A DNA stretch of 53,410 bases from an uncultured Bacilli bacterium (GTDB lineage: Bacteria > Bacillota_I > Bacilli_A > RF39 > UBA660). Below, piece after piece: positions 1 through 10,400 of this stretch; the stretch's first letter is position 1, and each line of letters starts with the position of its first letter. The position numbers and the translations under genes were made by a program. The notes below the pieces were generated by a model. It was not told the origin of the DNA. It saw nothing but the letters and a program-made list of their open reading frames with translations, and did no database searches. The DNA lies in contig CANQDC010000002.1 in NCBI GenBank assembly GCA_947591455.1, positions 1 through 53,410 of the forward strand. Direction: 5' to 3'.

Positions 1-353
1 AATTTGCATCTACTTCCTTCTTGGACATTTTCTAATTTTACATTCCATGCATTATAATCCCACTCACCTGTTGTTTTACTATCCCCACAATCTACATCTA
101 CTTGATAATATTCTCCATCTTTGTTTTTAGGTTCTGTTGGAATATCGTCCTCTTTTTGATCATCTACTAAAACGGCAAACTTTACGTCATAGCCAAAATC
201 AGGAATTGTTCCTTTGATTACATTATAGCTTTTTTTCTCCTGGTATACAGCATAACTTCTATATATAGAAATACCTCCTAAACTTATAAGTATTCCTAAA
301 AGGGCAATAGCTGTTCTTTTATTAAAATCATTATTATATTTTTTTAATCTCAT
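1..353 (-). CDS. hypothetical membrane-anchored protein (N-terminal part only; the ORF runs off the window start)
   Basis: ATG at 353-351 is preceded by a GGTGA Shine-Dalgarno. Translation starts MRLKKYNNDFNKRTAIALLGILISLGGISIYRSYAVYQEKK..., with one hydrophobic helix followed by a hydrophilic domain. The frame stays open to position 1. It is absent from the ORF track because no stop lies in the window. Confidence 0.5.
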   Translation of the reverse strand, partial: MRLKKYNNDFNKRTAIALLGILISLGGISIYRSYAVYQEKKSYNVIKGTIPDFGYDVKFAVLVDDQKEDDIPTEPKNKDGEYYQVDVDCGDSKTTGEWDYNAWNVKLENVQEGSRCK

Positions 354-369
354 ATTATCACCTGTACGT

Positions 370-439
370 ACAACTCCAAATTGTATATACAAATATCATA
401 CAACTCAAAGTTGTTTATGCCAACACAATTATAAGTTGT
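370..439. promoter_or_regulatory. three 15-bp inverted-repeat operator-like sites (ACAAyT-N3-ArTTGT) in the divergent promoter region
   Basis: ACAACTCCAAATTGT (370-384), ACAACTCAAAGTTGT (400-414) and ACAATTATAAGTTGT (425-439). They lie between the divergent membrane-protein gene and the XRE gene. The third site overlaps a putative TTATGC-18-TATGAT promoter. Confidence 0.45.
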
Positions 440-467
440 ATGATAATTTTCAATTAAGGTGATAACT

Positions 468-689
468 ATGAATATTCAAAGATTAAAAGAAATCAGAGAA
501 GATAAAGATTTGTATCAAAAAAACGTAGCGGAAATAATAAACGTTACACAACAACAATATAATAAATACGAGCTAGGAATTAATTCTATTCCTATTGAAA
601 AGCTAGACAAATTGGCAACTTACTATAATACAAGTATCGATTATTTAGTTGGAAGAACCAACGAAAAAAAGCCTTACCCAAAAAAATAA
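468..689 (+). CDS. XRE-family helix-turn-helix transcriptional regulator (73 aa)
   Basis: The translation MNIQRLKEIREDKDLYQKNVAEIINVTQQQYNKYELGINSIPIEKLDKLATYYNTSIDYLVGR is a classic Cro/CI HTH. ATG at 468 with SD AAGGTGA is preferred over the track's GTG at 459. Confidence 0.8.
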   Translation: MNIQRLKEIREDKDLYQKNVAEIINVTQQQYNKYELGINSIPIEKLDKLATYYNTSIDYLVGRTNEKKPYPKK

Positions 690-707
690 ATCTAGTTTCC
701 TAGATTT
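688..707. terminator. bidirectional hairpin between the convergent XRE and spoVG genes
   Basis: AAATCTAG-tttc-CTAGATTT forms an 8-bp stem flanked by an A-run and a T-rich run. Confidence 0.5.
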
Positions 708-725
708 AAATTTAATTAACCTTCA

Positions 726-989
726 TTATTCCTCACTAGTTTTATTATATTCTTCTAAAATAGCATCTTGGAACATTGTACGAATTTCAGTATTAATTGG
801 ATGAGCTATATCTCTATATTCACCAGTAGCTGTTTTTCTACTTGGCATAGCAATAAAAAGACCATTATCTCCTTCAATAATACGAATATCATGAACGGCA
901 AATGCATCATCTATAACAATAGTTGCAATTCCTTTCATTCTATTTCCTTCTTTTTCAAATTTGCGAACCGTTACTGATGTAATTTTCAT
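726..989 (-). CDS. spoVG: septation/sporulation regulator SpoVG
   Basis: [53 protein letters not shown] is an unmistakable SpoVG sequence. Confidence 0.95.
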   Translation of the reverse strand: MKITSVTVRKFEKEGNRMKGIATIVIDDAFAVHDIRIIEGDNGLFIAMPSRKTATGEYRDIAHPINTEIRTMFQDAILEEYNKTSEE

Positions 990-1062
990 ATGACACTCCT
1001 TCTAAAGTTCTCTAGTAACTTAAATATATTGTAATCTATTAAACGAAAGTTATCAAGCATTT

Positions 1063-1275
1063 TTATACATACTTGATACAAATTTCACCTGTAGCAACGT
1101 CTGAATAATTAAAACTTTTTTCTAATCCATTTTCATTTACGGTAAATATACTAGGGTAAACGTTAGAAATATACCCTTTTACTTGATAATTTTTATTTCT
1201 CATACCAAATACTGAAATAACTACTTCATCATGTAAATGTTGTTTTATTTCTTCTTTAATCTTATCTAAACTCAT
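1063..1275 (-). CDS. veg: Veg (biofilm/sporulation-associated small protein)
   Basis: MSLDKIKEEIKQHLHDEVVISVFGMRNKNYQVKGYISNVYPSIFTV matches the Veg family. ATG at 1275 has an AAAGGAGGG SD. The track's start at 1323 is an upstream extension. Confidence 0.9.
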   Translation of the reverse strand: MSLDKIKEEIKQHLHDEVVISVFGMRNKNYQVKGYISNVYPSIFTVNENGLEKSFNYSDVATGEICIKYV

Positions 1276-1286
1276 AGTCCCTCCTT

Positions 1287-2066
1287 TTATCTTGGATATC
1301 CAACATACATCAACCCATTGCACATCAAACCACCCATACCATCTTTTCCATATTTTGTTTTGTCTAATAATTCAATTAAGTTGATTTCACGATTTCTTTC
1401 TGTTAGGGAAATATCTGTAGCAATAATAGCAGGATCTAAACAATGGATATTTACTCTTTTCGGGCTTGATGCAAAATTTGCTCCAGCTTTTATTAATTCT
1501 TCATAATTGCTTTGACAAGCACCAGCAATAACTACTAATTTTTCGTGACTTTTTTCATATTTACGACATTCTTTCACTGCTTTAATAAAATTTTCAGTAT
1601 TTTTATAATTTCTTAAGTCATCCATATTTCCCTTCTTTTGATAATATGCATCATGACCTGTTATTATGACTATATCGGGTTTATATTCTTCCAATAAGTC
1701 TTTTATTTTATATGGAATATCAACTTCATTTAATTTTTTGCCAACAGCAAAAACATTATGTTTTCGATAATATTCTAAACAACGATTAAGATAATCACTA
1801 TCTCCATCAATATGTAAAATCTTACCAGGTAAGTAAAAGTAATCATTTCGATCCAATTTTGATTCTTCTTCATCAGGGATGTCGATTCTTAAATTTTCTT
1901 GTTCTTCTTTCGTTACAATTTGCAAATCATCCATTTCACTATCAGCATAAAGTCGAACATCTATTCCTTTTAAATAGCAAATTTGCCCTTTAATATTCAC
2001 TACTTTAAAAAGGGTATCATTTTGATAACTCTTACGAGTAACATAATCACCTTTTTTTATTTGCAT
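1287..2066 (-). CDS. yabG: sporulation-specific protease YabG (peptidase U57)
   Basis: 259 aa with ...ILHIDGDSDYL...IVIITGHDAYY...VVIAGACQSNYE.... It sits in the B. subtilis ksgA-yabG-veg order. Confidence 0.85.
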   Translation of the reverse strand: MQIKKGDYVTRKSYQNDTLFKVVNIKGQICYLKGIDVRLYADSEMDDLQIVTKEEQENLRIDIPDEEESKLDRNDYFYLPGKILHIDGDSDYLNRCLEYYRKHNVFAVGKKLNEVDIPYKIKDLLEEYKPDIVIITGHDAYYQKKGNMDDLRNYKNTENFIKAVKECRKYEKSHEKLVVIAGACQSNYEELIKAGANFASSPKRVNIHCLDPAIIATDISLTERNREINLIELLDKTKYGKDGMGGLMCNGLMYVGYPR

Positions 2067-2109
2067 ATACTTTCACCAATAAATTATATGCAAAAACCAT
2101 TATTTTGAT

Positions 2110-2892
2110 TTATCTATATAATTCCCACAATTTTTGGAAATTTTCTGGAGAAATTTCTTCAGCACGCACTTTCTCATTATAGCCCATGGTATTTAATATC
2201 TTTAGAATTTTATCCCAATCATAGAATTTCATATTATTTTTTAATGTTTTGCGTTTATTTTGAAAAGCTTGTTTAATAAATTCGAAATACTCCTCTTCAT
2301 CTTTTATTTTCGTTGGTTGTTTTCGTTCTAACAAAATCACAGCACTATCTACTTTTGGAACTGGAGAAAAGTTTTCTTTATTTACTATAAACATTAATTT
2401 TGAGTTAAAAAAATGATGAACATATAACGTAAAATCATTATAATTTTTAGAACCCGTTTTTGCTGTAAGACGTAATGCAAATTCTTTTTGAACTAATAAA
2501 ACAATTTTTTGAAAAGGGATATCACTACGTATTAATTTTAAAAGAATCGGCGTTGTAATATAGTAAGGTATGTTGGCCACCAAATAAATAGTATGAAACT
2601 CAAAGCCTAGTAAATCTTTTTTTAAATCTCGTTTCATGAAATCATCATAAATAATAACTGTTTTAGAATGTGTATATTTTTTTAAAAATGGTTCCATACG
2701 ATGATCTATTTCATAACATAAAAGATTACATTTTTTCTTGGCTAAATATTCTGTTAAAGCACCCATTCCAGGACCTATTTCTAGGATTAAATCCTCTTCA
2801 TTGACATCAACCAGATTAGAAATATCTTCTAAAACTTTGGGATTTTTCAAGAAATTTTGACCATACTGTTTAATTGCCTTTACTGTTGCCAT
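2110..2892 (-). CDS. rsmA: 16S rRNA (adenine1518/1519-N6)-dimethyltransferase RsmA/KsgA
   Basis: QNFLKNPKVLEDI...EIGPGMGALTEYL...ANIPYYITTPIL. ATG at 2892 with an AGGAGA SD is preferred over 2934. Confidence 0.9.
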   Translation of the reverse strand: MATVKAIKQYGQNFLKNPKVLEDISNLVDVNEEDLILEIGPGMGALTEYLAKKKCNLLCYEIDHRMEPFLKKYTHSKTVIIYDDFMKRDLKKDLLGFEFHTIYLVANIPYYITTPILLKLIRSDIPFQKIVLLVQKEFALRLTAKTGSKNYNDFTLYVHHFFNSKLMFIVNKENFSPVPKVDSAVILLERKQPTKIKDEEEYFEFIKQAFQNKRKTLKNNMKFYDWDKILKILNTMGYNEKVRAEEISPENFQKLWELYR

Positions 2893-2920
2893 ATTTTTTT
2901 CTCCTAACCAAAAAAATGGA

Positions 2921-3463
2921 TTATTGCCATCCATTTCTCAAAATATCATAAGTAATTGTGGAACGTCCTATAGAAGAATACGCATAATCTAAATTACTTG
3001 TTAATAAATCAATATCATTACCAAGTACTCCTCGATCCAATACAATCGCTATAATCGGATCTTGAGAGATAGTAGGTTTATTAAATCTTATAATAGTCCC
3101 ACAAGATAAATTGTTGGAAGAAGCGACAATTCTAACATTTCCATAAGAAATATCTTGATACGTTTCAATTCCAGACAAAACATTATAATTAGGTAGACAA
3201 GCCAACCGGCCACTACATAATGGACAATTAGCAGTATATCCCGTTAAATCTCCGGTATAGGTATCTTTAGATCGATATAAATCATTGGCTATATCCTCTT
3301 TTAACTTTAAAGCCATTGTTGATAAATCGATAGATTTATTATAATTATCATTTAATACTCTCATTTCAACTTTCGTATTACTTGAATCTACTACTACAAC
3401 AAGTGCAACGATTACTACTATTTGGACTAATTTCAACAGGTTTTTCAAAAGATTTCGACCCAC
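2921..3463 (-). CDS. membrane-anchored 3D-domain (RlpA-like double-psi beta-barrel) protein, short YabE-like
   Basis: N-terminal TM helix with a GTG start. The C-terminal VRIVASSNNLSCGTIIRF...IAIVLDRGVLGNDIDLL resembles a 3D domain. It occupies the yabE position next to tatD/ksgA. Confidence 0.6.
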   Translation of the reverse strand: MGRNLLKNLLKLVQIVVIVALVVVVDSSNTKVEMRVLNDNYNKSIDLSTMALKLKEDIANDLYRSKDTYTGDLTGYTANCPLCSGRLACLPNYNVLSGIETYQDISYGNVRIVASSNNLSCGTIIRFNKPTISQDPIIAIVLDRGVLGNDIDLLTSNLDYAYSSIGRSTITYDILRNGWQ

Positions 3464-3507
3464 TTGTTTCCACCTCGTATCTAAAGATTATTCTAACAAA
3501 TAATGAA

Positions 3508-4263
3508 TTAAATGTCAAAAATTCGCTTGATATTTTGATTGGTAATTTTAGCTAATTCTTCTATTGATATTTGATATATTTCACTCAAAAATGTTGCAAT
3601 CGTAAGAATTTTACTGGGATCATTTTTTTGACCTCGATAAGGAACAGGGGCCAAATAAGGAGAATCTGTTTCTAATAGAATAGAATCTAATGGAATATTT
3701 TTAATCACTTCTTTTAATTGACAATTTTTAAAAGTAATCACTCCATTAATTCCTAAACAGAAGCCCATTTTTTGATAAATTTTAGCGGTTTCCAAACTTC
3801 CTGTAAAAGAATGAATAACGCCATGAACATGATATTTTTTTAAAATTTCAATGGTATCTGAGGTTGCTTCTCTGGAATGAACCACAACAGGTAAATGATA
3901 TTTTTCTGCTAAAGACAATTGTTTTTCAAATAGTTCGATTTGCTCTTTTTTATTTTCTTTTGTGTAATGATAATCTAACCCAATTTCCCCAAGAGCAATT
4001 ACTTTTTCATGGTTTAAATTTTGTTCGATAAATTGAATATCCTCATTCGTATATTGATCTACTTCTTCTGGATGAATTCCTAACGCTCCATAAATTCCTT
4101 CTTTATTTAAAAGAGTTAAAACCTCTCGATTGGATTTTGCATCACATCCTGCTACGATATAACGATCCACTTTCTTTTGAAAAGCTTCCTTTAAAATAGC
4201 ATCCAGATTTTCATAATATTCTTGAAATAAATGACAATGAGTATCACAAAACATATTTTTCAC
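3508..4263 (-). CDS. tatD: TatD-family metal-dependent hydrolase/DNase (YabD)
   Basis: FCDTHCHL...GEIGLDYHY...VVVHSREA...VIHSFTG...LETDSPYL motifs. Confidence 0.9.
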   Translation of the reverse strand: MKNMFCDTHCHLFQEYYENLDAILKEAFQKKVDRYIVAGCDAKSNREVLTLLNKEGIYGALGIHPEEVDQYTNEDIQFIEQNLNHEKVIALGEIGLDYHYTKENKKEQIELFEKQLSLAEKYHLPVVVHSREATSDTIEILKKYHVHGVIHSFTGSLETAKIYQKMGFCLGINGVITFKNCQLKEVIKNIPLDSILLETDSPYLAPVPYRGQKNDPSKILTIATFLSEIYQISIEELAKITNQNIKRIFDI

Positions 4264-5069
4264 CTTTCCTTAGATAAATATTCTTTATGCAAAGCTAAAA
4301 CTAAAGGTTGACTAAAAGAATTTAAAGAATCTGGAAATTGTTCTAAAGCCAACTCTAAAGCAGAATCTAAATCTTCTTTTTTCGTTTCACGTATAATTTT
4401 TCCTTTTAACACTTCTTCTCTTATAGTATCATCATACACAATTGAATTAGCTAAATCAATATAGTGATTACATTCATCTCTTATAATACTATGATAATAA
4501 GATCCCTGAAACAAATAAGGACATAACATAGTCACAAGACTGGCTTGCTCACTACAAAATTTTATAAACTTCCACGATTGATTATGACAATTACCATCTA
4601 AATTTTTTCTATTTTTACGAATATAGGAAAAAGCATCAAAATTTGTTCTAAAAAAATCAAAAATACTATAAAAAGAATAAGTCTTTTCCATTGCTTCTAA
4701 ATAAATTTTTTGATTTTCATAATGAATTTGTTGAATATAAGGAGACAAAAGAATTTTATTTTTCTCAACTTGAGGTAATTTTTTATTCGTATGCTCTCCT
4801 AAAGTAACCATATCATAAAAAAGACTATGTAAAATAGAAAAACCCTGATCAAATAATTGTTGATTAAATAAAGAAATATATTCCGGATAACAAGTATATA
4901 CATAATCTTTTAAAGAAAATAGCAAACTATAATAATTATCTTCCTCTTCACAAACAGGAAAATAAAGATTCGTTTCAGCTAAAAAAGAGTTTATAAAAGC
5001 AAGAATTTTAGTATTATTTATATCATAATACCTTTCTTCGTTTTGATAAAATATTTCTTCGAATTCCAT
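4260..5069 (-). CDS. hypothetical protein (about 269 aa) in the metG-tatD operon
   Basis: ATG at 5069 has an AAGGAG SD (the track's start is 5117). The stop overlaps the tatD start by 4 nt. The C-terminal GNCHNQSWKF...GSYYHSII...NHYIDLA gives a Cys...His...Asp spacing. I do not recognise a family. Confidence 0.6.
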   Translation of the reverse strand: MEFEEIFYQNEERYYDINNTKILAFINSFLAETNLYFPVCEEEDNYYSLLFSLKDYVYTCYPEYISLFNQQLFDQGFSILHSLFYDMVTLGEHTNKKLPQVEKNKILLSPYIQQIHYENQKIYLEAMEKTYSFYSIFDFFRTNFDAFSYIRKNRKNLDGNCHNQSWKFIKFCSEQASLVTMLCPYLFQGSYYHSIIRDECNHYIDLANSIVYDDTIREEVLKGKIIRETKKEDLDSALELALEQFPDSLNSFSQPLVLALHKEYLSKER

Positions 5070-5133
5070 ACATTTTTGCTCCTTTTTGAACAAATTATAT
5101 TTTACACAAAAGAGCAAAAAAAGAAAGTATTTT

Positions 5134-6654
5134 TTACTTTCTTACATCAATCCGTTGAAATAATATTTCTGGAGTATTTAAATCATAAACATTTTCATCA
5201 TTAAACGAATAGCTTTCATCTGAACTATTGATTTGTTTTTTTATCTTTTCACTAGTATCTGGCAAATATGGAAAAAGAAGTACAGAACAAATACGAATCA
5301 CCTCAATTAAATTATAAAGAACCGTTTCTAATCGATTTAACTTACTTTCCTCTTTAGCCAACAACCAAGGGGTTGTTTCATCAATATATTTATTACATCT
5401 TCTTAAAACTTCAAAAATACAATCAATAGAAGCACCAATTTCTAGATGATTCATTTTGTCTTCGATCTTATCTGCTAAATCAAAGGCCATCGTAATTACT
5501 TCTTGATCAATTTCTTCATTAAACTTTTTATTTTCTATATGACCAGTAAAATATTTTTGTCCCATAGCAATCGTACGATTTACTAAGTTACCTAATATAT
5601 TTACTAAATCTCCATTAATTCTTTCTACTAATAATTCTTTAGAAAATACACCATCCGAAGTAAAGGGAATTTCATGTAGTAAATAATAACGAACAGCATC
5701 CACTCCATATTCATTTACTAAATCATCTGCATAGATAACATTCCCCTTAGATTTACTCATCTTTCCATCGGCCATAATTAACCATGGATGACCAAATACT
5801 TGTTTTGGTAAAGGCAAATCTAAACTCATTAAAAAACAAGGCCAGTAAATGGTATGAAAACGAATAATATCTTTACCAATCAAATGTAAATCAGCCGGCC
5901 AAAGTCTATTAAATTCTTCACTACTTTTATCTGGATCATATCCAATATTTGTAATATAGTTGGTTAAGGCATCTAACCAAACATAGACAACATGTTTTGG
6001 ATCAAAATCAACAGGGATTCCCCATTCAAAAGACGTTCTAGAAACACATAAATCTTGCAAACCCGGTTGAATAAAATTATTAATCATTTCATTCTTTCGT
6101 GATTCAGGTTGAATAAATTCTGGATGTTCTTCAATATATTTTAATAATTTATCTTGATATTTACTAAGTTTAAAGAAGTAAGCTTCTTCACATTTTTCTT
6201 GAACTTCTCTCCCACAATCAGGACATTTTCCATCCACAAGTTGTGATTCTGTCCAAAAAGATTCACAAGGCGTACAATAAAGTCCTTTATATTCCCCTAA
6301 ATAAATATCCCCTTTATCATACATTTTTTTAAATATTTTTTGTACTATTTTTTCATGTTGTTCATCCGTTGTTCTTACAAATTTATCATAACTTGTATTC
6401 ATTATATCCCAAATATGTTTAATTTCTTGAGATATTTTATCAACATACTCTTTAGGAGTTATACGAGCTTCTTTTGCTTTTAGTTCTATTTTTTCTCCAT
6501 GTTCATCTGTCCCTGTTTGAAAATACACATCATACCCCATCAACCTTTTATAACGAGCAATACTATCTGCTAAAACAATTTCATAAGTATTTCCTATATG
6601 CGGTTTAGCAGAGGTATAAGCAATAGCGGTTGTAATATAATATTTTTCCTTCAT
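5134..6654 (-). CDS. metG: methionine--tRNA ligase (short form, no C-terminal tRNA-binding domain)
   Basis: ITTAIAYTSAKPHIGN (HIGH), KMSKSKGN (KMSKS) and a CPDC zinc knuckle. The second ATG, at 6654, has better SD spacing. Confidence 0.95.
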   Translation of the reverse strand: MKEKYYITTAIAYTSAKPHIGNTYEIVLADSIARYKRLMGYDVYFQTGTDEHGEKIELKAKEARITPKEYVDKISQEIKHIWDIMNTSYDKFVRTTDEQHEKIVQKIFKKMYDKGDIYLGEYKGLYCTPCESFWTESQLVDGKCPDCGREVQEKCEEAYFFKLSKYQDKLLKYIEEHPEFIQPESRKNEMINNFIQPGLQDLCVSRTSFEWGIPVDFDPKHVVYVWLDALTNYITNIGYDPDKSSEEFNRLWPADLHLIGKDIIRFHTIYWPCFLMSLDLPLPKQVFGHPWLIMADGKMSKSKGNVIYADDLVNEYGVDAVRYYLLHEIPFTSDGVFSKELLVERINGDLVNILGNLVNRTIAMGQKYFTGHIENKKFNEEIDQEVITMAFDLADKIEDKMNHLEIGASIDCIFEVLRRCNKYIDETTPWLLAKEESKLNRLETVLYNLIEVIRICSVLLFPYLPDTSEKIKKQINSSDESYSFNDENVYDLNTPEILFQRIDVRK

Positions 6655-6667
6655 AAACATTCCTTCT

Positions 6668-6880
6668 TTCTAAAACATCCATTAATTCTAAAAAAAATCA
6701 TAAACTAAGGGCGAAAAAACCGCGGTACCACCTTAATTCATGATTTTATCATGCACTTTATTCGTAACGAGAATGAATCGATTTAACTCCAGAACCATGT
6801 TCACAAAATTTCTTTTATTTGTTTTCACCAACCACAAACTCTCTTTTAAAAAGAAAAAATGTTACTCTTTCCTTCAACAT
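6668..6880 (-). promoter_or_regulatory. T-box riboswitch leader of metG (Met specifier)
   Basis: On the minus strand: stem I GAAGGAAAGAGTAAC, AGAGAGTTTGTGGTTGGTGAAAAC, and a candidate specifier AUG (plus 6796-6798). The T-box sequence AATTAAGGTGGTACCGCGG is at plus 6721-6738. The terminator ATCATGAATTAAGG/CCTTAGTTTATGAT plus T-run is at plus 6690-6754. Confidence 0.8.
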
Positions 6881-6912
6881 TAATTAAAGTTATAGTAACA
6901 TAAATTAAATTT

Positions 6913-7437
6913 CTAAGCAATATCAATTTTACGAGTAATAAGATTAGACAATAATTTTAACAAATCAAATTGATAATCAGGAATTGGACTAGATTCTTGG
7001 TATAAAAGAATCAATCCTAAACAATCTATTGAAGAAATAATCGGTAAAATTAAAAAGTAACCTGTTAAATCTTCTCCTTTAAAAGTATATGTATCTAATA
7101 CACTTTTAGAAATCGATTCCCGATTATGAATATACTTTATTAATTTTTCACCAATATCCTGATTCACTTGTATTTTATCTACCCCTGAATATAAAACTTT
7201 ATCACGATCAGTAATAATAATATGAAAGTTATATGTATCATCTACAATAGTAGCTAAATTTTTAACAATTTCACTATATTCCTGCATTTTAGAATATTTT
7301 TTTAACAAAATATGATCATTTTCAACAAATATTTCTAAATTTTCACCATCCCGTATTCCCAAATTTCTCCGTATTTCCTTCGGTAAAACAATTCTTCCTA
7401 ATTCATCTATTTTTCTAATTACTCCTGTAGATTTCAA
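6913..7437 (-). CDS. spoVT: stage V sporulation transcription factor SpoVT (AbrB-type N-domain plus GAF-like C-domain)
   Basis: MKSTGVIRKIDELGRIVLPKEIRRNLGIRDGENLEIF with a roughly 120-aa C-domain. It lies directly downstream of mfd, as in B. subtilis. TTG start. Confidence 0.85.
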   Translation of the reverse strand: MKSTGVIRKIDELGRIVLPKEIRRNLGIRDGENLEIFVENDHILLKKYSKMQEYSEIVKNLATIVDDTYNFHIIITDRDKVLYSGVDKIQVNQDIGEKLIKYIHNRESISKSVLDTYTFKGEDLTGYFLILPIISSIDCLGLILLYQESSPIPDYQFDLLKLLSNLITRKIDIA

Positions 7438-7491
7438 AAGAAAACCAACTCCTCTGTTTTTTAGTTTGAGTAAAAGTTGGTATTTTTATTC

Positions 7492-10400
7492 TTATATTTC
7501 TAAATCTTTTAAAATCATTTCGATTAATGGGACAATCGAATATAAAAAATGTTTTTCATTTTCTTTAAAAGATAAAAGGATAATTATTTTTTTATTAAAA
7601 TATTTAAATTTAAAATTTGGATTAATGTTATAGGATTCTAAAAATAACTTATCTGCTTTTATTTGACTCGAATATTTTTCAGGAATTTCTATTTCAATAG
7701 AATTCTTACTTTGATTTACTCGAGTAATTTCTAAACGTTTGGCTAATTTTTCAAACCATTCTTCATACATATAAATTTCCATATCTGAGGTGATTTTTCC
7801 AAAACGATCTTCTAAAATATTTTTTACTTTTTGTAGTGATTCTTCATTTTCAACTTCATTAATCAATTGATGAATTTCAATTTTGACATCTTCATCACTA
7901 ACATATTCATCACTTATATGTGTATTTACATTTACAAGGGATTGAACATCTTCCTCTTCTTCAATCATCTCTCCATTTAATCTTTTTATTTCTTCATCAA
8001 CCATGCGCAAATAAAGGGATATTCCTACAGAATCGATAAATCCTGCCTGCTCGCTTCCTAATAAATCTCCTGCTCCTCTTAAAGACAAATCACGCATAGC
8101 AATGCGATACCCACTGCCAAGCTCAGTAAAATCTTTTATTGCTTGCAAACGCTTCACTGCGATATCATTTAAAACTTTTCGTTTATCATATAAAAAGTAA
8201 GCATAGGCAATGCGATTACTTCTTCCCACTCTTCCTCTTAATTGATAAAGTTGACTTAAACCAAAATGATCCGCATCATAAATAATAAGTGTATTCACAT
8301 TTGGAATATCTATACCTGTTTCAATAATCGTAGTACATACCAAAATATCAAATTCTTGATAAACAAATGATTCCATAATACTATCTAATTCTTTTTTAGT
8401 CATTTGACCATGAGCAAAATGAATACGCGCTTCAGGAATCATCTTTCTTAAACGATTACAAAGTTCTTCAATAGAAGCAACTTTATTATATAAAATAAAT
8501 ATTTGCCCATTTCTAGTTAACTCTTTATAAATAGCATCTTTTATAATTAAATCATTTTCACTAGTGACATACGTTTGAACAGGATAGCGATTTACAGGAG
8601 CTGTATCAATAATAGATAAATCCCGTAATCCACTCATGGCCATTTTTAAAGTTCGTGGAATTGGAGTTGCAGATAATGTTAAAACATTAATATCATTTTT
8701 TAACTGTTTATTTTTTTCTTTATGTGATACACCAAATCTTTGTTCCTCATCAACTACTAAAAGTCCTAAATCTTTACAATGAATATCATTACTTAATAAT
8801 CGATGGGTTCCAAATAAAATATCGATTTTTCCTTTCTCTAAATCTTCTAATATTTTTTTGGTTTCTTTAGGTGTTGTAAAACGATTTAATAGAGCAATTT
8901 CAATTGGATATTCTGAAAATCTTTGCATAGCTGAAGTATATTGCTGTTTCGATAAAATAGTGGTAGGACATAAATAGAGTACTTGTTTATTATTTAAAAC
9001 TGTTTTAAAAATAGCTCGAAAAGCAACTTCTGTTTTTCCAAAACCTACATCTCCACATAACAAACGATCCATTGGTATAGTACTTCGTAAATCTTTTTGA
9101 ATATCCTCAATGGCTTTTAATTGATCTTTCGTTTCTTCATAAGGAAATAAAGAAGCAAAAACTTCTTCTTCAGGATAATCCTTGTAGGCTACCTTTTTCG
9201 TTTTACTACGTAAAGCATAAAGTTTCATTAGCTCTTCTGAAATATCTTTTATTTTCTTCTGAACTTGACGCTTTTTTAATTCCCAAGATGAGCTATTTAA
9301 TTTATTTATTTTTGGTTTTGCTCCATCATTATCAGTATACTTATAAATCGATGTGATTTTTTCAACTGGAATATAAACTTTATCGGATCCAAAATAATTA
9401 ATTTGAATAAAATCTTTTAAAATACCTTTTTGATTTAAAGTCGCTATTCCATTATAAATACCGATTCCATGACTTCGATGAACCACATAATCTCCTATTT
9501 TTAAATTATGAATAGATTTAATCTTTTTTCCAATTTTTAAATTATTACGATATTTTATTTGTTCATTTTTCACTTCTTCTATATCATATTCGGAAAGAAC
9601 AACATAATCATAAAATTGGAAACCTTTATTCAAGGGTTGCATTAGGATCGTTACACAACCGACTTCCGGAGTACTTTGTAAACGAGCCGATGGAAATAAA
9701 TCAAGAATCTTCTTCTTTTGAATATTCTTAGATAAACAAAAAACAACAGCCTTCTTATTTTGTAACCATCCAAAAACTTTATTTTGCAATAATTCAAAAT
9801 TAGAACGGAAATTTTCAATTTCAAAAGAAGTAAACTTAGAAACAGGAATCTGATTTCTTTGCGTATTATTTAATGTTTCTAAGTATAAAATTTTACTAGG
9901 ATTTAATTCTTCCAAAAAAAACATATATTTTGTTTCTAAAGATATTTCATTATTTTCTTTATATTCTAAAATATCTTCACTTAACTTTTTATAACCAACC
10001 TTTATTTGTTGATAATTAAAGTAAACAACAATTGGATCCTTTAAATAATCTAATAATGAATTATGAACATCACTTTCCAATTCTTTAAAAGGATAGATAG
10101 TAATTGTAGATACCTTATCCAGCGATAACTGTGTTTCTTCATCAAAATAACGAATAGACTCAATAGTATTACCAAAGAATTCAATTCGAATCGGATGATC
10201 TTCTAAAGTTAAAAAGACATCTAAAATAAAGCCACGTACAGCATACGTACCGGTAGAAGTTACAATACTATCACGAGAATAGCCAAAATCTTCTAATAAA
10301 GAAATTAACTGATCACGACTGAATTCTGTATTTTCATGAAGAATTTCTGATTTTTTTTTCGTAATAGAAGGTAAAAACTTTAAATACCCCATCAAATTAG

